A stretch of DNA of 64,000 nucleotides from Octopus sinensis (taxonomy: Eukaryota): positions 15,066,001 through 15,130,000 of the forward strand of contig NC_043025.1 of the NCBI RefSeq assembly GCF_006345805.1, written 5' to 3'. A program made the position numbers and the translations under genes. Of this stretch, positions 48,895 to 60,664 are shown in pieces; positions within the stretch are counted from its first letter, which is position 1; each line of letters opens with the position of its first letter. The notes under the pieces were generated by a model, which was given only the letters and a program-made list of their open reading frames with translations, had not been told where the DNA came from and searched no databases.

Positions 48895-50617
48895 TTTTTC
48901 TTCCCCCGTCTGTCTTGATAGACAATGGGTCGCGCCAAGGGTGGGGCCTACTTTGATGATGAGCAGCGTCTGCTGTGACTGAACAGTCCAATTCTAGAGT
49001 GGCAGTCCCTGGTACAGTTGCTGCACACGAACATCGATGGATACGTGTGGGGTGTTGCTGCAGTTGTCCTCCTCCTGTCCCGCCTGTCCAACCACAGCTG
49101 TGCTCTCCTTTCCTCAGCCATGGAAACGCCTTTCCTCACTGTCCGACGCCAGGCAGAGTGGTCAGCAGCTGTTACCTCCCACGTGTCCACACAGATGTTG
49201 GCTGTCCTCAGGTCGCGCTTGCACACATCCCTGTATCGTAGCTGTGGACGTCCCTTGGGTCGGGATCCCGTGGTGAGTTCGCTGTACAGGATGTCTTTAG
49301 GCATGCAACCGTCCTGCATGCGGCAGACGTGTCCGAGCCAGCGCAGTCGTCTCCGCACGAGGAGGGCATGCATGCTTGGCATATTAGTTTGTTCTAGGAT
49401 GACTCCGTTTGGTACTCGGTCCTTCCAGGAGATGCCAAGGATCCGTCGAAGACACCGCATGTGGAAGCCGCTGAGGCGGCATTCTTGCCGGGTGTATGTT
49501 GTCCAGCTCTCGCTGCCGTAGAGTAGGGTGCTCAGCACGCAGGCTCGGTACACTGCGATCTTGGTGGTTATTGTGAGCATGTTGTTTTCCCACACTCTCC
49601 TGGAGAGCTTAGCCATGGCAGCAGCAGCCTTCCCAATCCGTCTGTTCAGCTCCGGCTCGAGGGACAGGCTGCTGGAGACCGTCGATCCCAGGTAAGTGAA
49701 CTCATTCACCACCTGCAAGCTGTGGTCGCCGACACTAATGCTAGGGACCCCTCCGACGTCCTGGCCCATGATCTCTGTCTTTTTCAGGCCGATGGTAAGG
49801 CCAAACTCTTGGCAGGCATCCGCCAGGGAGCTGACCAGCCTCTGGAGACCCGGCTGGTTGTGTGATGTTAGGGCGGCATCGTCAGCAAAGAGGATCTCTC
49901 TGATCAGCACCTGACGGACTTTGGTCTTAGCTCTGAGGCGCGTAAGATTGAACAATCCACCATCAGCCCTGGTGTGGAGGAACACTCCGTCGTCGGACGT
50001 TCTGAAGGCATAGGACAGGACAAGGGAGAAGAAAATTCCGAAGAGCGTCGGCGCCAGAACGCAACCCTGTTTCACTCCACTCTGGATGGGGAACGACTCC
50101 GAGGGCGATCCGTCAAACTGCACTGTTCCCTGCATACCGTCGTGAAAGGAGGTGATGAGTTTCAGCAGTCTGGGAGGGCAACCTATCCTACCCAGGAGCG
50201 CAAACAGCCCCTCCTTGCTGACTGAGTCGAACGCCTTAGCCAGGTCCACGTTGATGTTCCTCCACGTATAGGGGCTGTCTCTGTTCTTGACTCTTTTCTT
50301 GAAGCTGCCTGAGTGAGAAGATCATGTCGATTGTAGACCTCTCTGCCCTAAAGCCTGACTGAAACTCGGGGTACACACGCTCTGCAAGCATTTGCAACCT
50401 CTTCAGGACCACCCTGGCAAATGCCTTACCAACAGTGCTGAGCAGTGATATGCCCCTGTAATTATTACAGTCACTTCTGTCCCCTTTGTTTTTATACAGT
50501 GTGATGATGCTTGCGTCACGCATATCCTTAGGGACAGAGCCCTCCTCCCAGCACTGACAGAGCAGCTCGTGGAGATGGCCCAGAAGGGCTGGCTTCCCGC
50601 ACTGGATGACTTCTGCG

Positions 50618-50620
<3 letters not shown>
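48895..50620 (-). mobile_element. 5'-truncated BovB-like RTE LINE with RT and C-terminal C2H2-like motif, one frameshift near 50250
   Basis: [79 protein letters not shown]; flanked by (TA)n on both sides. Confidence 0.92.
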
Positions 50621-50659
<39 letters not shown>

Positions 50660-50699
50660 TATAAATATATGTGTGTGTGTGTGTGTGTATATATCTTCT

Positions 50700-50842
50700 T
50701 GATCCACTGTGGCCATGTGGATAAGAAGTTTGCTTTATGACAACATATGGCTCTGGCTTCAGTCCCACTGCATGGCACACTGGGTAAGTGTCTTCTACTA
50801 TAGCCCCATGGCTAAAAGAAGGCCTTGTGTATGGATTTGGTG

Positions 50843-50845
<3 letters not shown>
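50700..50845 (+). mobile_element. SINE A-like 5' half
   Basis: gtggccatgtggataagaagtttgc...ttcagtcccactgcatggcacactgggtaagtgtcttctactatagcc. Confidence 0.65.
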
Positions 50846-50878
<33 letters not shown>

Positions 50879-50964
50879 AATATATAAATATATATATATA
50901 TATATATAATATATATATATATAAATAAATATATAAATATATATATATATATACATACATATAT

Positions 50965-51047
<83 letters not shown>

Positions 51048-51099
51048 CACACACACATATATATATTTACATATATGTGTGTGTCTGAGTGTATATATT

Positions 51100-51325
51100 T
51101 CTGATAAGGCAGCTGCAGAAATAGCTAGCCAAAGATAAACATCTGTACTTAGATTTTGTTGACTTGGAGAAAGCTTTTGACAAGGCCTCCTGATCCCTTA
51201 TCTGGTGGTCAATGCAGAAACAAAGGATAGACAAGTGGCTGGTGGGAGCTGTACAAGTCATTTACAAAGACACTACCAGTAAGGTGAAGATTGGCAATGA
51301 GTACAGGAAAGAATTCAGATTACAG
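51100..51325 (+). pseudogene. Older RT fragment of the RTE family at 52379
   Basis: Aligns to 53780-54010 (ggcagctgcag...ttttgttgac.tggagaaagc.tt.gac); contains stops. Confidence 0.75.
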
Positions 51326-52200
51326 CCCGGCTCGTTCTTCTGCTCCCGCCCATGCTGCTGCACTTGCCCTTACCTCTCCAACACCACCCTCCTCACTGGC
51401 ACCCATCATTGACCCTATCATATCACCGACTCCTTCACCTGCACTTCTAGCAATGTCATCTACTGCATCTCCTGCTCTCTCTCTGCCCTTTTCTATACAT
51501 TGGGCAAATGGGACGCTGCTTGGCTGACTGATTCACAGAACACCTCTGAGACATCCAACTCGGCAATGATACCCTGGTCTCACACCATTTCTGTTCTACT
51601 GGTCACTCTTTGCAACACCTGTCTGTGTTTGGATTGTCCTTGCACAGGGGTCATCTGGACTCTCGTTTGTGCCGTGAACAGGGATTAATGTTCTCTCTTC
51701 ACTTCTACCCACCTACTCCCTTCCCCCTTTCCCTTCATTGTCACCCCACCCTTAAACAATCCAACCCCATCTTCCGTATCCATCCCTTACACCCATTCCC
51801 ACATACCCCACCACACACACACTAGCACTGACCACTTCCCAGCCCTACATCCACACACCTACACACACACACACGTCAAGGTCACCAGCCCTCTTCCACA
51901 TGCACATACATGCTCTCTCATGCACACAGATGCACAACTTCGTTTTGGGATCACCACTACTTCATTATCTCCCCTTCTTCCTAGCTCTCCTGTGTGACTC
52001 TTCTGCCTGGCATTCGCCATCATAGATCGCTAGCCACTACACACCCTTTTTTGCTCTCCTTGTTTCTTTCTGTGTTCCTTTCTGTGGAAGAGCGTAGGCT
52101 CAAAATGTTTAAAACTTTTCACTTCCCGAGAGTTATACTAATACATCTTTTTTATTTTCTACACCACCTGTCTTCATCTTTTGTGAATTCTTCCTATATA
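51325..52200 (+). mobile_element. Neptune/Poseidon-like Penelope element 3' part: GIY-YIG relic plus pseudo-LTR with an inactivated hammerhead motif (52077-52115)
   Basis: CSRPCCCTCPY...DSFTCTSSNVIYCISC...LYIGQMGRCLA...EHL...VSHHF; then ctgtggaa-gagc-gtag-gctc-AAAATG where GAAACG is expected. Confidence 0.7.
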
Positions 52201-52204
52201 TATA

Positions 52205-52332
<128 letters not shown>

Positions 52333-52378
52333 TATAATATACATACATATACATACATATATATATATATATATATAT

Positions 52379-55066
52379 GGACAGAAAGACCGATTCTATG
52401 ACACTTTACTGCAGACTACCTCGTTGACGAACGACAGAGACCTTCTCTTTGTGGCTGTTGACTTCAATGGTCATGTTGGACGACATGCTGGGGGCTTCCA
52501 TGGCGTACATGGCGGCTATGGCTCTGGTTCCCGCAACGAGGAGGGAACCAGGCTGCTGGAGTTCTGCGATGCAAATAATCTTATGATTTGCAACACTAAC
52601 TTCAGGAAACTTACCAGCCACCTAGTCACCTACCGATCGGGCCAACATACCAGCCAAATTGACTACATCCTTGCCAGGCAAAGGGAGAGATGGCTACTTA
52701 TAATTGCCAAAACCTTCCCAGGCGAAGAATGCACCCCACAACATAGACTGGTAGTTAGTGACTTTAGGATCAGGAGTAGGACAACCAGAAGACAACCAAC
52801 ATGGAGAAGAAGGATCTGGAAGCTTAAGGATCCTGTGAATGGACAGAGATTTAGAGACATGTTACTTGAAGCCTTTGACGAAGTAGAAGGGGATAGAGTA
52901 TCACATGGGGTAGAGGGCAACTGGACGTTTCTAAGGGACAACCTGCTGAGAGCCACTGACCAGATCTGTGGCTGGTGCAAGGTCCCCTCTCGTCCCAAGG
53001 TAACGTGGTGGTGGAACAGTGTCGTAGACAGGGCTATTAGAGAAAAGAGACAGACTTGGAAGCACTGGAAGAATGGTGGTAGCAAGGAATTGTATCAGAC
53101 TGCTAAAAGGGAAGCTAGGAGACAGGTCTATCTAGCCAGAGGGGAAGCAGATAAGAAAAGATTTGCCAATGTTCTGCGCCGTGAGGACCAAAGACTGGAG
53201 GTGTTTCAAGTTGGAAGACAGTGTGTGAGAGAGAATTGTGATGTGGTGGGAGAGAAGTGTGTTCGCATGGAAGATGGTTCACTTGCGCTAAACGAGGATG
53301 CAAAGAGAGAGGCTTGGAGATGCCACTATGAAAGGTTGCTGAATAAAGAAAATGAATGGGATAAAGAGAGTCTGCCGAACGTTGACCCAACAGAGGGACC
53401 AGCTATGAGGGTTGATAGTTCCTTGGTAGCTAAGGTAATTAGAAGCATGAAGACAGGGAAAGCCCCAGGCCCATCAGGTATCACTGCAGAGATGCTCAAA
53501 ATATCTGGTAGTGTCGGCTATAGCCTAGTCACCTGTATAGTTAATCAGGTGATACATGAAGGAGTCATACCCAATGACTGGTGTAGCAGCATAATAGTCA
53601 ACTGCTACAAAGGTAAAGGTGATGCCCTAGATACAAATAATTACAGAGGTATCAAGCTGTTGGATCAGGTGATGAAGGTTACAGAGAGGGTCATAAGCCA
53701 ACTAATTAGAGAGAGAGTTAGTTTAGATGAGATGCAGTTTGGGTTCGTGCCAGGGAAAAGTACCACTGATGCTATATTCCTGGTAAGGCAGCTGCAGGAG
53801 AAATACCTAGCCAAAGATAAGCCCCTGTACCTGGCTTTTGTTGACATGGAGAAAGCCTTCGACAGGGTCCCCCGATCCCTCATATGGTGGTCAATGAGGA
53901 AACTAGGAATAGATGAATGGTTAGTGAGAGCTGTGCAAGCCATGTACAGGGACGCTGCTAGTAAGGTGAGGGTTGGCAATGAGTACAGTGAAGAATTCCG
54001 GGTAGAGGTAGGGGTCCACCAAGGCTCAGCCCTCAGCCCCCTCCTATTTATCATAGTCCTCCAGGCAATAACGGAGGAATTCAAGACAGGATGCCCCTGG
54101 GAGCTCCTCTATGCTGATGACCTTGCTCTAATTGCTGAGTCACTATCAGAACTGGAGAAGAAGTTTCAGGTGTGGAAGCATGGTTTAGAATCGAAGGGCC
54201 TTAGAGTCAACCTAGCTAAAACCAAAGTCATAATAAGTAGGAAGGTAGACAAATCACAAACGCCTTCAGGTAGATGGCCCTGCTCGATCTGTAGAAAAGG
54301 TGTAGGTAGAAACTCTATAAGATGCACCAAGTGTAAGCTATGGACACATAAGAGGTGCAGCAATGTCATAGGAAGGCTAACTAGGAAGATGGTTTTTGTA
54401 TGTGGCAGATGCTCGGGAGCATTAACCTCTGAAAATCTGCAGAAAACAACTTCCGTCACTTTCCAGGGGGAAAAACTAGAAGTAGTTGATAGCTTCCGTT
54501 ATCTTGGTGACCAAGTCAGTAGTGGGGGTGGGTGTGCTGAAAGTGTAACTGCTAGAGTAAGAATAGCCTGGGCAAAGTTTAGGGAGCTCTTACCTCTGTT
54601 GGTGACTAAAGGCCTCTCGCTCAGAGTAAAAGGCAGACTGTATGATGCATGTGTACGAACAGCCATGCTACATGGCAGTGAAACATGGGCCATGACTGCT
54701 GAGGACATGCGTAAGCTCGCGAGAAATGAAGCTAGTATGCTCCGTTGGATGTGTAATGTCAGTGTTCATAGTCGACAGAGTGTAAGTACCTTGAGAGAAA
54801 AGTTGGACCTAAGAGGCATCAGATGTTGTGTGCAAGAGAGACGATTGCGCTGGTATGGTCATGTGGCGAGAATGGATGAAGATAGGTGTGTGAAAAAGTG
54901 CCACACCCTGGCAGTTGAGGGGACCTGTGGAAGAGGTAGACCCAGGAAAACCTGGGTCGAGGTGGTGAAGCACGACCTTCGAACTCTAGGTCTCACCAAG
55001 GAAATGACCAGAGACCGAGACCTATGGAAGTATGCTGTGCGTCAGAAGACCCGGCAAGACCAGTGA
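52379..55066 (+). CDS. RTE LINE ORF (C-terminal part of AP endonuclease, RT, PHD-like finger), open for ~895 codons, 5'-truncated
   Basis: [92 protein letters not shown]; no stop until 55064-55066; begins abruptly after (TA)n. Confidence 0.93.
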   Translation, partial: GQKDRFYDTLLQTTSLTNDRDLLFVAVDFNGHVGRHAGGFHGVHGGYGSGSRNEEGTRLLEFCDANNLMICNTNFRKLTSHLVTYRSGQHTSQIDYILARQRERWLLIIAKTFPGEECTPQHRLVVSDFRIRSRTTRRQPTWRRRIWKLKDPVNGQRFRDMLLEAFDEVEGDRVSHGVEGNWTFLRDNLLRATDQICGWCKVPSRPKVTWWWNSVVDRAIREKRQTWKHWKNGGSKELYQTAKREARRQVYLARGEADKKRFANVLRREDQRLEVFQVGRQCVRENCDVVGEKCVRMEDGSLALNEDAKREAWRCHYERLLNKENEWDKESLPNVDPTEGPAMRVDSSLVAKVIRSMKTGKAPGPSGITAEMLKISGSVGYSLVTCIVNQVIHEGVIPNDWCSSIIVNCYKGKGDALDTNNYRGIKLLDQVMKVTERVISQLIRERVSLDEMQFGFVPGKSTTDAIFLVRQLQEKYLAKDKPLYLAFVDMEKAFDRVPRSLIWWSMRKLGIDEWLVRAVQAMYRDAASKVRVGNEYSEEFRVEVGVHQGSALSPLLFIIVLQAITEEFKTGCPWELLYADDLALIAESLSELEKKFQVWKHGLESKGLRVNLAKTKVIISRKVDKSQTPSGRWPCSICRKGVGRNSIRCTKCKLWTHKRCSNVIGRLTRKMVFVCGRCSGALTSENLQKTTSVTFQGEKLEVVDSFRYLGDQVSSGGGCAESVTARVRIAWAKFRELLPLLVTKGLSLRVKGRLYDACVRTAMLHGSETWAMTAEDMRKLARNEASMLRWMCNVSVHSRQSVSTLREKLDLRGIRCCVQERRLRWYGHVARMDEDRCVKKCHTLAVEGTCGRGRPRKTWVEVVKHDLRTLGLTKEMTRDRDLWKYAVRQKTRQDQ

Positions 55067-55112
55067 GAACAATCAAAATCAAATCATATATCAGAAAGCA
55101 GGGGTTAAGTGA

Positions 55113-56030
55113 CCCATCCGTTCGTGTCCGCTGTCAGCCTTGTCTGGCACCCGTGCCGGTGACACGTAAAAGCACCATTCGCTCGTGGCCGTTTGCCAGC
55201 TCTGCCTGGCCCCCGTGTCGGTGGCACGTAAAAGCACAATCTGTTCGTGTTCGTTGCCAGCCTCACCTGGCCCCGTGCCGGTGACACGTAAAAGCACCGT
55301 CCGTTCGTGGCCGTTTGCCAGCTCTGTCTGGCCCCGTGTCGGTGGCACGTAAAAGCACAATCCGTTCGTGTCCGTTGCCAGCCTCGGCTGGCCCCCGTGC
55401 CGGTGACACGTAAAGGCACCGTCTGTTCGTGGCCGTTTGCCAGCTCTGTCTGGCAACCGTGTCAGTGGCACGTAAAAGCACCATCCGTTCGCGTCCGTTG
55501 CCAGCCTCGGCTGGCCCCCGTGCCGGTGACACGTAAAAGCACCGTCCGTTCGTGGTCGTTTGCCAGCTCTGTCTGGCCCCGTGTCGGTGGCACGTAAAAG
55601 CACCATCCGTTCGTGGTCGTTGTCAGCCTCGGCTGGCCCCCGTGCCGGTGACACGTAAAAGCACCGTCCGTTCGTGGCCGTTTGCCAGCTTTGTCTGGCC
55701 CCGTGTCGGTGGCACGTAAAAGCACCATCCGTTCGTGTCCGTTGCCAGCATCGCCTGGCCCCCGTGCCGGTGACACGTAAAAGCACCGTCCGTTCGTGGC
55801 CGTTTGCCAGCTCTGTCTGGCCCCGTGTCGGTGGCACGTAAAAGCACCATCCGTTCGTGGTCGTTGTCAGCCTCGGCTGGCCCCCGTGCCGGTGACACGT
55901 AAAAGCACCGTCCGTTCGTGGCCGTTTGCCAGCTCTGTCTGGCCCCGTGCCGGTGACACGTAAAAGCACCATCCGTTCATGGCCGTTCGCCAGCTCTGTC
56001 TGGCACCTGTGCAGGTGGCATGTAAAAAAC
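55113..56030. repeat. ~60-bp tandem array (~15 units, alternating two variants, ~121-bp higher-order period) in the RTE 3' UTR
   Basis: Alternating ggtgacacgtaaaagcaccgtcc and ggtggcacgtaaaagcaccatcc units. Confidence 0.95.
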
Positions 56031-56329
56031 ACCCACTACACTCGCGGAGTGGTTGGCGTTAGGAAGGGCATCCAGCCGTAGAAACACTGCCAGATCTGAC
56101 TGGGCCTGACGAAGCCTTCCAGCTTCACAGACCCCAGTTGACCCGTCCAACCCATGCTAGCATGGAAAGCGGACGCTAAATGATGATGATGATGATGATG
56201 ATGACATTTATGTATATATCGTGATCACATGATCAATCGGACTATCAGATGTTATACATCACTGGTCACAATGCACTTTGCATTGTTTTTTAGCTTTCAA
56301 ATGATGCCACCCTGTCAGTTGGTAAGCAG

Positions 56330-56510
56330 GCCAACATTCACCCTGGTCAGAAGACTAAGTCCATTGCAGGGTGGCACCCATTTCGAGTTGAGTGGACTGG
56401 GCCAACATGAAGTGACGTGATTTGCTCAAGAATACAATGAGCAACCAGTCTGAGAATTGAAACCAGGATCTCAAGATTGTGAGTGCAACAAGCCTAACCA
56501 CTGGGCCACG
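56330..56510 (-). mobile_element. tRNA-headed SINE
   Basis: Minus strand cacgtggcccagtggttagg...ggtttcaattctcagact...ttcttgagcaaatcac...ccctgcaatggac. Confidence 0.6.
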
Positions 56511-56529
56511 TGTATGTGCATCTTTGTGT

Positions 56530-56730
56530 CTGTGTTTGTCATGCACCACTGCTTGACAACTGGTGTTGGTTTGTTTACATCCCTGTAACTTATCAGTTCA
56601 GCATTGTACCAGGCTTTAAAAAGAAACCCCCCCCCAAAAAACATAAATACTAGGGGTGGCCGGGGATGCTGATAAGTCAGTGTTCCAGCATGGCCACAGT
56701 CCAATGACTAATAGAAGTAAAAGATGAAAG
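56530..56730 (+). mobile_element. SINE A, 3' half
   Basis: ctgcttgacaactggtgttggtttgtttacatccc...ccagcatggccacagtc. Confidence 0.6.
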
Positions 56731-57319
56731 AAGGGTTCAGGTTCTGATAAAAGATAAGGGATTTTGGATGGGGTGTGGGGTGGCGGGGGGTGTGAGTGAC
56801 AGGGGGAGCGGAGGTGGCTCTTGTTTTCCTTCCTTTTGTGTACTTGTGTGTGTGTGTATGTTTTATGCATGTAAATATGAGTGTGTGTGTGTGTGCTTGT
56901 TTGACTGTGTGTGTGTGTGTGTATGTATGCGCATATGTGTGTCTATGTTGTATGTGTATGCATGTTCTTGTATGTGTGTGTGGTAGGGGTCTCACTTTTT
57001 TTCCACCCTCCTCCTCCTCCTCCTCCCCCCTTTCCATGTGGTTCTTATCACAAAGGTGAAAAAGCGATGGAGTTGAGATAAAGGGAGTTTGAAAATAAGA
57101 GCCGAAGTGAGGGAGAGGGGGTTGATGTTGGTGGGTGGGGGTGGGGAGCAGTGATGTTGGAGTGGTGGTGGTGGTGGTGGAGGCAGAGATGTAAGATTTC
57201 AGAAATAAATTGAAGAGAATAAAATATAAAATAAAAATTTTTTTAAATGTAATAAATATAGAAAAAGTATGGCCTTCTTTCCTCTGGCAAAAAATCTGTT
57301 TTATATCTCCAGTTTTAGT

Positions 57320-57840
57320 GATGGTTGCGATGGTGGTGGTGGTGGTGGTGGTAGTGGTGGTTTCGGTGATGGTGGTGGTGGTGGAGAAGGAGGTTTCGGT
57401 GATAGTGGTGGTGGTGGTGGAGGAGGAGGTTTCGGTGGTGGTAGTGGTGGTGGTGGTGGAGGAGGAGGTTTCGGTGGTAGTGGTGGTGGTAGTGGTGGTG
57501 GTGGTGGTGGTGGTGGAGGAGGAGGTTTCGGTGGTAGTGGTGGTGGTGGTGGTGGTGGTGGAGGAGGTTTCGGTGGTAGTGGTGGTGGTAGTGGTGTGGT
57601 GGTGGAGGAGGAGGTTTCGGTGTAGTGGTGGTGGTGGTGGTTGGTGGTGGTGGTGTGGTGGTGGTGGAGGAGGAGGTTTCGGTGGTAGTGGTGGTGGTGG
57701 TGGAGAGGAGGTTTCGGTGGTAGTGGTGGTGGTGGTGGTGGTGGTGGTGGTGGTGGAGGAGGTTTCGGTGGTAGTGGTGGTGGTGGTGGTGGTGGTGGAG
57801 GAGGAGGTTTCGGTGGTAGTGTGGTGGTGGTGGTGGTGGT
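57320..57840. repeat. (GGT)n-based minisatellite with recurrent gaggaggaggtttc
   Basis: Visible units. Confidence 0.9.
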
Positions 57841-58289
57841 AGTACTATGTTATTGTTGTGGTTGTTGATGTTATCTAACCTTCGTCTCATCAACATTGGT
57901 TCTAATACAGCAGATCTATGATGAAAGACGTTCCAGCCATGACCATGCCAACTTTCTCTCCTTTCCTGTCACTGTATATCTAAGACTACATCATTCAATG
58001 TGTCCAAACCACCAGCAACAACGTTGAGAGGTGAGGTTTCACTTTGTCTTAAACCCCTACTCAAAACCCTTTTAATCCCGATGGCCCTTCCATTTATTCA
58101 GACCCCATATGTCCTGCTTTATGTACTGCCATCCCTCAGGGACCACTTTCTGTGTTTATTTTTCAATAATTTTCCTTCAGTCCTTGGTCCAGATCTTCTC
58201 AACCATTTTTGGATTTTTTTTGGAGGGGTCAGGTTTTCCCCCAGTTAAGATAATGAGGCTTCCAGATAACCTAATAAAAAGAGCAGTCT

Positions 58290-58537
58290 GTTGATGTAAT
58301 TAACGTGCAAATGGCTGAGTACTCCACAGATACATGTATCCTTAACATAGACTCGGTGTGATACAGAATATGACAAGGCTGGCCCCTTGTGTATTACAGG
58401 TACAACTCATTTTTGCCAGCTGAGAGGACAGGAGCAATGTGGAATAAAGTGTCTTGCTCAAGGATACAATGCACGACCAGTAATTGAACTGATGACCTTA
58501 CAATCGTGAGCTGAATGCACTAGCCATTAAGCCTTGC
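58290..58537 (-). mobile_element. tRNA-headed SINE family E
   Basis: Minus strand ggcttaatggctagtgcattcagctcacgattgtaaggtcatcagttcaatt...ccttgagcaagacactt...gagtactcagccatttgcacgttaatt. Confidence 0.65.
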
Positions 58538-58882
58538 ACCTTTTCTGAAAGGGTCACACTTGAAAAAGTAAAGCACAAGTCAATTTCAGAAAAATTTATT
58601 ATATTTATAGAAGAAAGATTATAAGGGGCCACTGGAGGGACGAGTGAGGGCCACATAAGGCCCTGGAAGGAGGCACAGTTCAGAACCGCTACCTAGGACT
58701 CATAAAGTGTGTTACCTGGCTCCATGGCTACAAGTGACCGAGATCGCAACATTCCCCCTGAAAGGGACACTGGACCATTACAGAGTTCAAAGGGATGAGT
58801 TTAGTCAATTATATCAATCCCTGTACTTCATTGGGTACTTTATTTTATTGACCTCAAAAACATGAAAGGTAAAGTTGAACTT

Positions 58883-59188
58883 CTGTTCCTTCCTTCTCGA
58901 GCCATGCCTGACTCATAAGGGCCAGTTTCCCGGTTTCCTTGGCGTATAGGTTCCCCACCTGGACGGGACACCGGTCCATCGCAGGTGAGCTGCAAGATGC
59001 AGGAGGAAAGAGTGAGAGAAAGTTGTGGCGAAAGAGTCAGCAGAAGTTCACCATTCCCTTCTGTCAGAGTCGCGTGGAGCTTAGGTGTTTCACTCATAAA
59101 CACACACATCACCCGGTATGAGATTCGAACCTGCGATCCCTCGACCGCGAGTCTGCTGCTCTAACCACTAGGCCACGTGCCTCCACAC
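58883..59188 (-). mobile_element. SINE family F inserted into an old SINE B copy, 12-bp TSD
   Basis: TSD aaagttgaactt at 58871-58882 and 59189-59200; head gtggcctagtggttagagc...ggttcgaatctc; contains cctgcgatggaccggtgtcccgtccagg. Confidence 0.85.
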
Positions 59189-59402
59189 AAAGTTGAACTT
59201 GGCAGGATTTGAATCCAGAATGTAAAGAACCAGCCTCACCATTCTTCTTGCTTGTTGCCCTACTTTCTCTGTTGGTTATATTTAATGAACTCCTTCCACC
59301 CACCCTCTAATTAACGAACCTTTCTCTACTGAGCCCCAGCTGCAGCCTTTTACAGTCATCTGACCCCAGGAGGCCTTACTGTGTGCTTCTTCACTCTTTT
59401 AA

Positions 59403-60027
59403 CCCTTTTGTTACCATAGTTACATAGAACTGTGCCTCTTCCCAGGGCCTCATGTGGCCCTCACTCGTCCCTCCAGTGGTCCCTTATAATCTTTCTTCTA
59501 TAAATATAATAATTTTTTCTGAAATTGAATTGTGCTATACTTTTTCAAGTGTTACCCCTTTCAGAAAAGGTGCAAGGCTTAATGGCTAGTGTTCCTTTCA
59601 ATTAATTTTAGATATAACAAAGAATTTAGTAAAATAACTTGGTTATCATTAAGCTGGTGTTAGGAACATAAATTGTGACTAAGGTTTGGTGGAAGATTTT
59701 AATTCAGAACTTTTGAAAACAAAACATCTATACTCAGAGCCAGAGCCGGCTTCAGCCAGGTTGGTATCAAAAGGGTTAAGAATTATTTCTCTATTATATA
59801 TCTTAACCATTTTGTTACAATATTTCTGTTGAGATGCTCTGTGTTTCTTTCAATTAATTCTAAATATAACAAAGAATTTAGTAAAATAACTTGGTTATCA
59901 TTAAGCTAGTGTTAGGAACATAAATTGTGACTAAGGTTTGGTGGAAGATTTTAATTCAAAACTCATGAAAACAAGACATTTGTACTCTGAGCCAGAGCCA
60001 GTTTCAGCCGGGTTGGTATCAAAAGGG
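59403..60027. mobile_element. Dimer of the piggyBac-type MITE with the same spacer as the satellite, TTAA on both sides
   Basis: TTAA 59399-59402, CCCTTTTGTTACCA at 59403, internal TTAA-gaattatttctctattatatatc-TTAA, GGG ends at 60027, TTAA 60028-60031. Confidence 0.85.
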
Positions 60028-60173
60028 TTAAACTTTGCAGAATTGAAGCTGGTCACTCTCTAAGACGTTTTCTGTGAGTCCAGATCCCTCTTGGGGGCGG
60101 GGGCGGGGGGGGGGGGGTTATGGTCTTCTGGATGTGTTAGTGTGTACATGTGTGTGTGTGTGTTTGTGTTTGT

Positions 60174-60268
60174 CTCACAATTTATGTTCCTAACACCAGC
60201 TTAATGATAACTAAGTTATTTTACTAAATTCTTTGTCATATTTGAAGTAATTGGAAGAAACACACAGT
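60174..60268 (-). mobile_element. Inverted internal fragment of the same MITE
   Basis: cacaatttatgttcctaacaccagcttaatgataactaagttattttactaaattctttg is the reverse complement of the monomer interior. Confidence 0.8.
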
Positions 60269-60664
60269 AAGCCCTCCACCACCACCACTTGCTGGTATTG
60301 ATGTGTTTACATCCTCATGACTTAGCGGTTTGGCAAAAGAGATCTGTTAGAATAAGCAGCTGACCTAAAAAGAAAAAATACTGGTGTTGGTTCATTCGAC
60401 GAAACTTTTTTCTTTAAGATGCTGCCCCAGTATGGCCGCAGTCTAATGAGTGAAACAAGTAAAAGATAAAAGATAAACGAATCAAGCCTGCATTGAAGTT
60501 GGTCTTGGCAGCCAACCTTGGTCCGCATGGGGGCAGCAGCTGTGAATCTCTTTTTATAAGAGTCCAATTATAGACTTTAATTTAGAAACATGTTTTCAAA
60601 GGAATGAATGAAAGGAAAGAGAAAATTACAAGACTAAAAGAACAAATTATTGAGAAATAATAGG

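Larger units (their letters stand above)
52379..56204 (+). mobile_element. Young RTE LINE insertion: ORF, tandem-repeat 3' UTR and (GAT)n tail
   Basis: The ORF runs into the 60-bp array, then the tail shared by many short copies in the window, then gatgatgat at 56182-56203. Confidence 0.9.

Noticed and set aside
57210-57842. Gly-rich protein-like ORF (GGGGFGG repeats)
   Set aside because: Arises from a GGT-based minisatellite with frame-breaking indels; no supporting start, splice or domain context.
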